A stretch of 63,391 nucleotides of DNA, counting the filler, from Octopus bimaculoides (taxonomy: Eukaryota): assembly GCF_001194135.2 (NCBI RefSeq). It is 6 parts of 6 records of this genome, joined end to end, with 100 filler letters (N's around TTAATTAATTAA, not from the genome) between each part and the next. Parts side by side here need not be neighbours in the genome. Positions count along the whole stretch, not along the records: positions 61,275 to 63,391 come from NW_026296462.1; 5 more parts are not named here. One strand, given 5' to 3'. The position numbers and the translations under genes were made by a program. This document shows positions 63,035 to 63,391 of this stretch, in pieces. The first letter of the stretch is position 1. Each line of letters begins with the position of its first letter. The notes under the pieces were generated by a model that worked only from the letters and a program-made list of their open reading frames with translations, searched no databases and was not told where the DNA came from.

Positions 63035-63305
63035 CAACTATCTGCCTATTTATCTATTTATCTACATGCCTCTCTCTCTCCCTATCTATTTATCTATCTA
63101 TCGATCGATCGATCGATCTATCCGTTTGTCTGTCTATCTATCTAGCTATCTATCTATTAATCTATCTATCTTACTGAACTAATTTTTCACAAACACAAAT
63201 ACACATTCTCTCTCACTCACTCTCTCCCCTCTCTCTCTCTCTCACTCTCTCACTCCCCCCTCTCTCTCTCTCTCTCACTCTCTCACTCCCCCCTCTCTCT
63301 CTATA
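62840..63305. repeat. (TA)n/(CTAT)n/(CT)n compound simple-repeat block
   Basis: Simple repeats with local duplications. Confidence 0.93.
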
Positions 63306-63391
63306 TGCCTCAGTAGCGCCTAATTTCCTCGATATCTCACTCCTGTATTTGGCGCACCGCTATCCACTCTGTTTCACAAATTCTCTTGTAC

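Overview
This is AT-rich, repeat-saturated eukaryotic DNA with many N gaps. The SINE repertoire and microsatellite load suggest an octopus (coleoid cephalopod) draft assembly; this is an inference, not a database result. I find no recognisable host protein-coding gene, tRNA gene or rRNA, and nearly all long ORFs in the track are microsatellite or N-gap artefacts. The window is a mosaic of several tRNA-headed SINE families that swap central and 3' modules, plus decayed retroelements: a Penelope GIY-YIG domain, three RLE-type (R4/Dong-like) fragments tied to (TAA)n, an RTE and a Tx1/L1. It also holds DNA transposon remnants (mariner, Tc1, hAT, a mariner-derived MITE and a HINE-like element). The most interesting signals are: (1) a near-complete type I hammerhead ribozyme fold at 26968-27038, plus six dispersed degenerate minimal-hammerhead motifs of the Penelope type; (2) a perfect 75-bp fold-back hairpin made from a single SINE at 2711-2870; (3) a SINE tail matching the apparent 3' end of the Tx1-like LINE; (4) (TAA)n-associated RLE retroelements; and (5) a bipartite SINE carrying an internal microsatellite.
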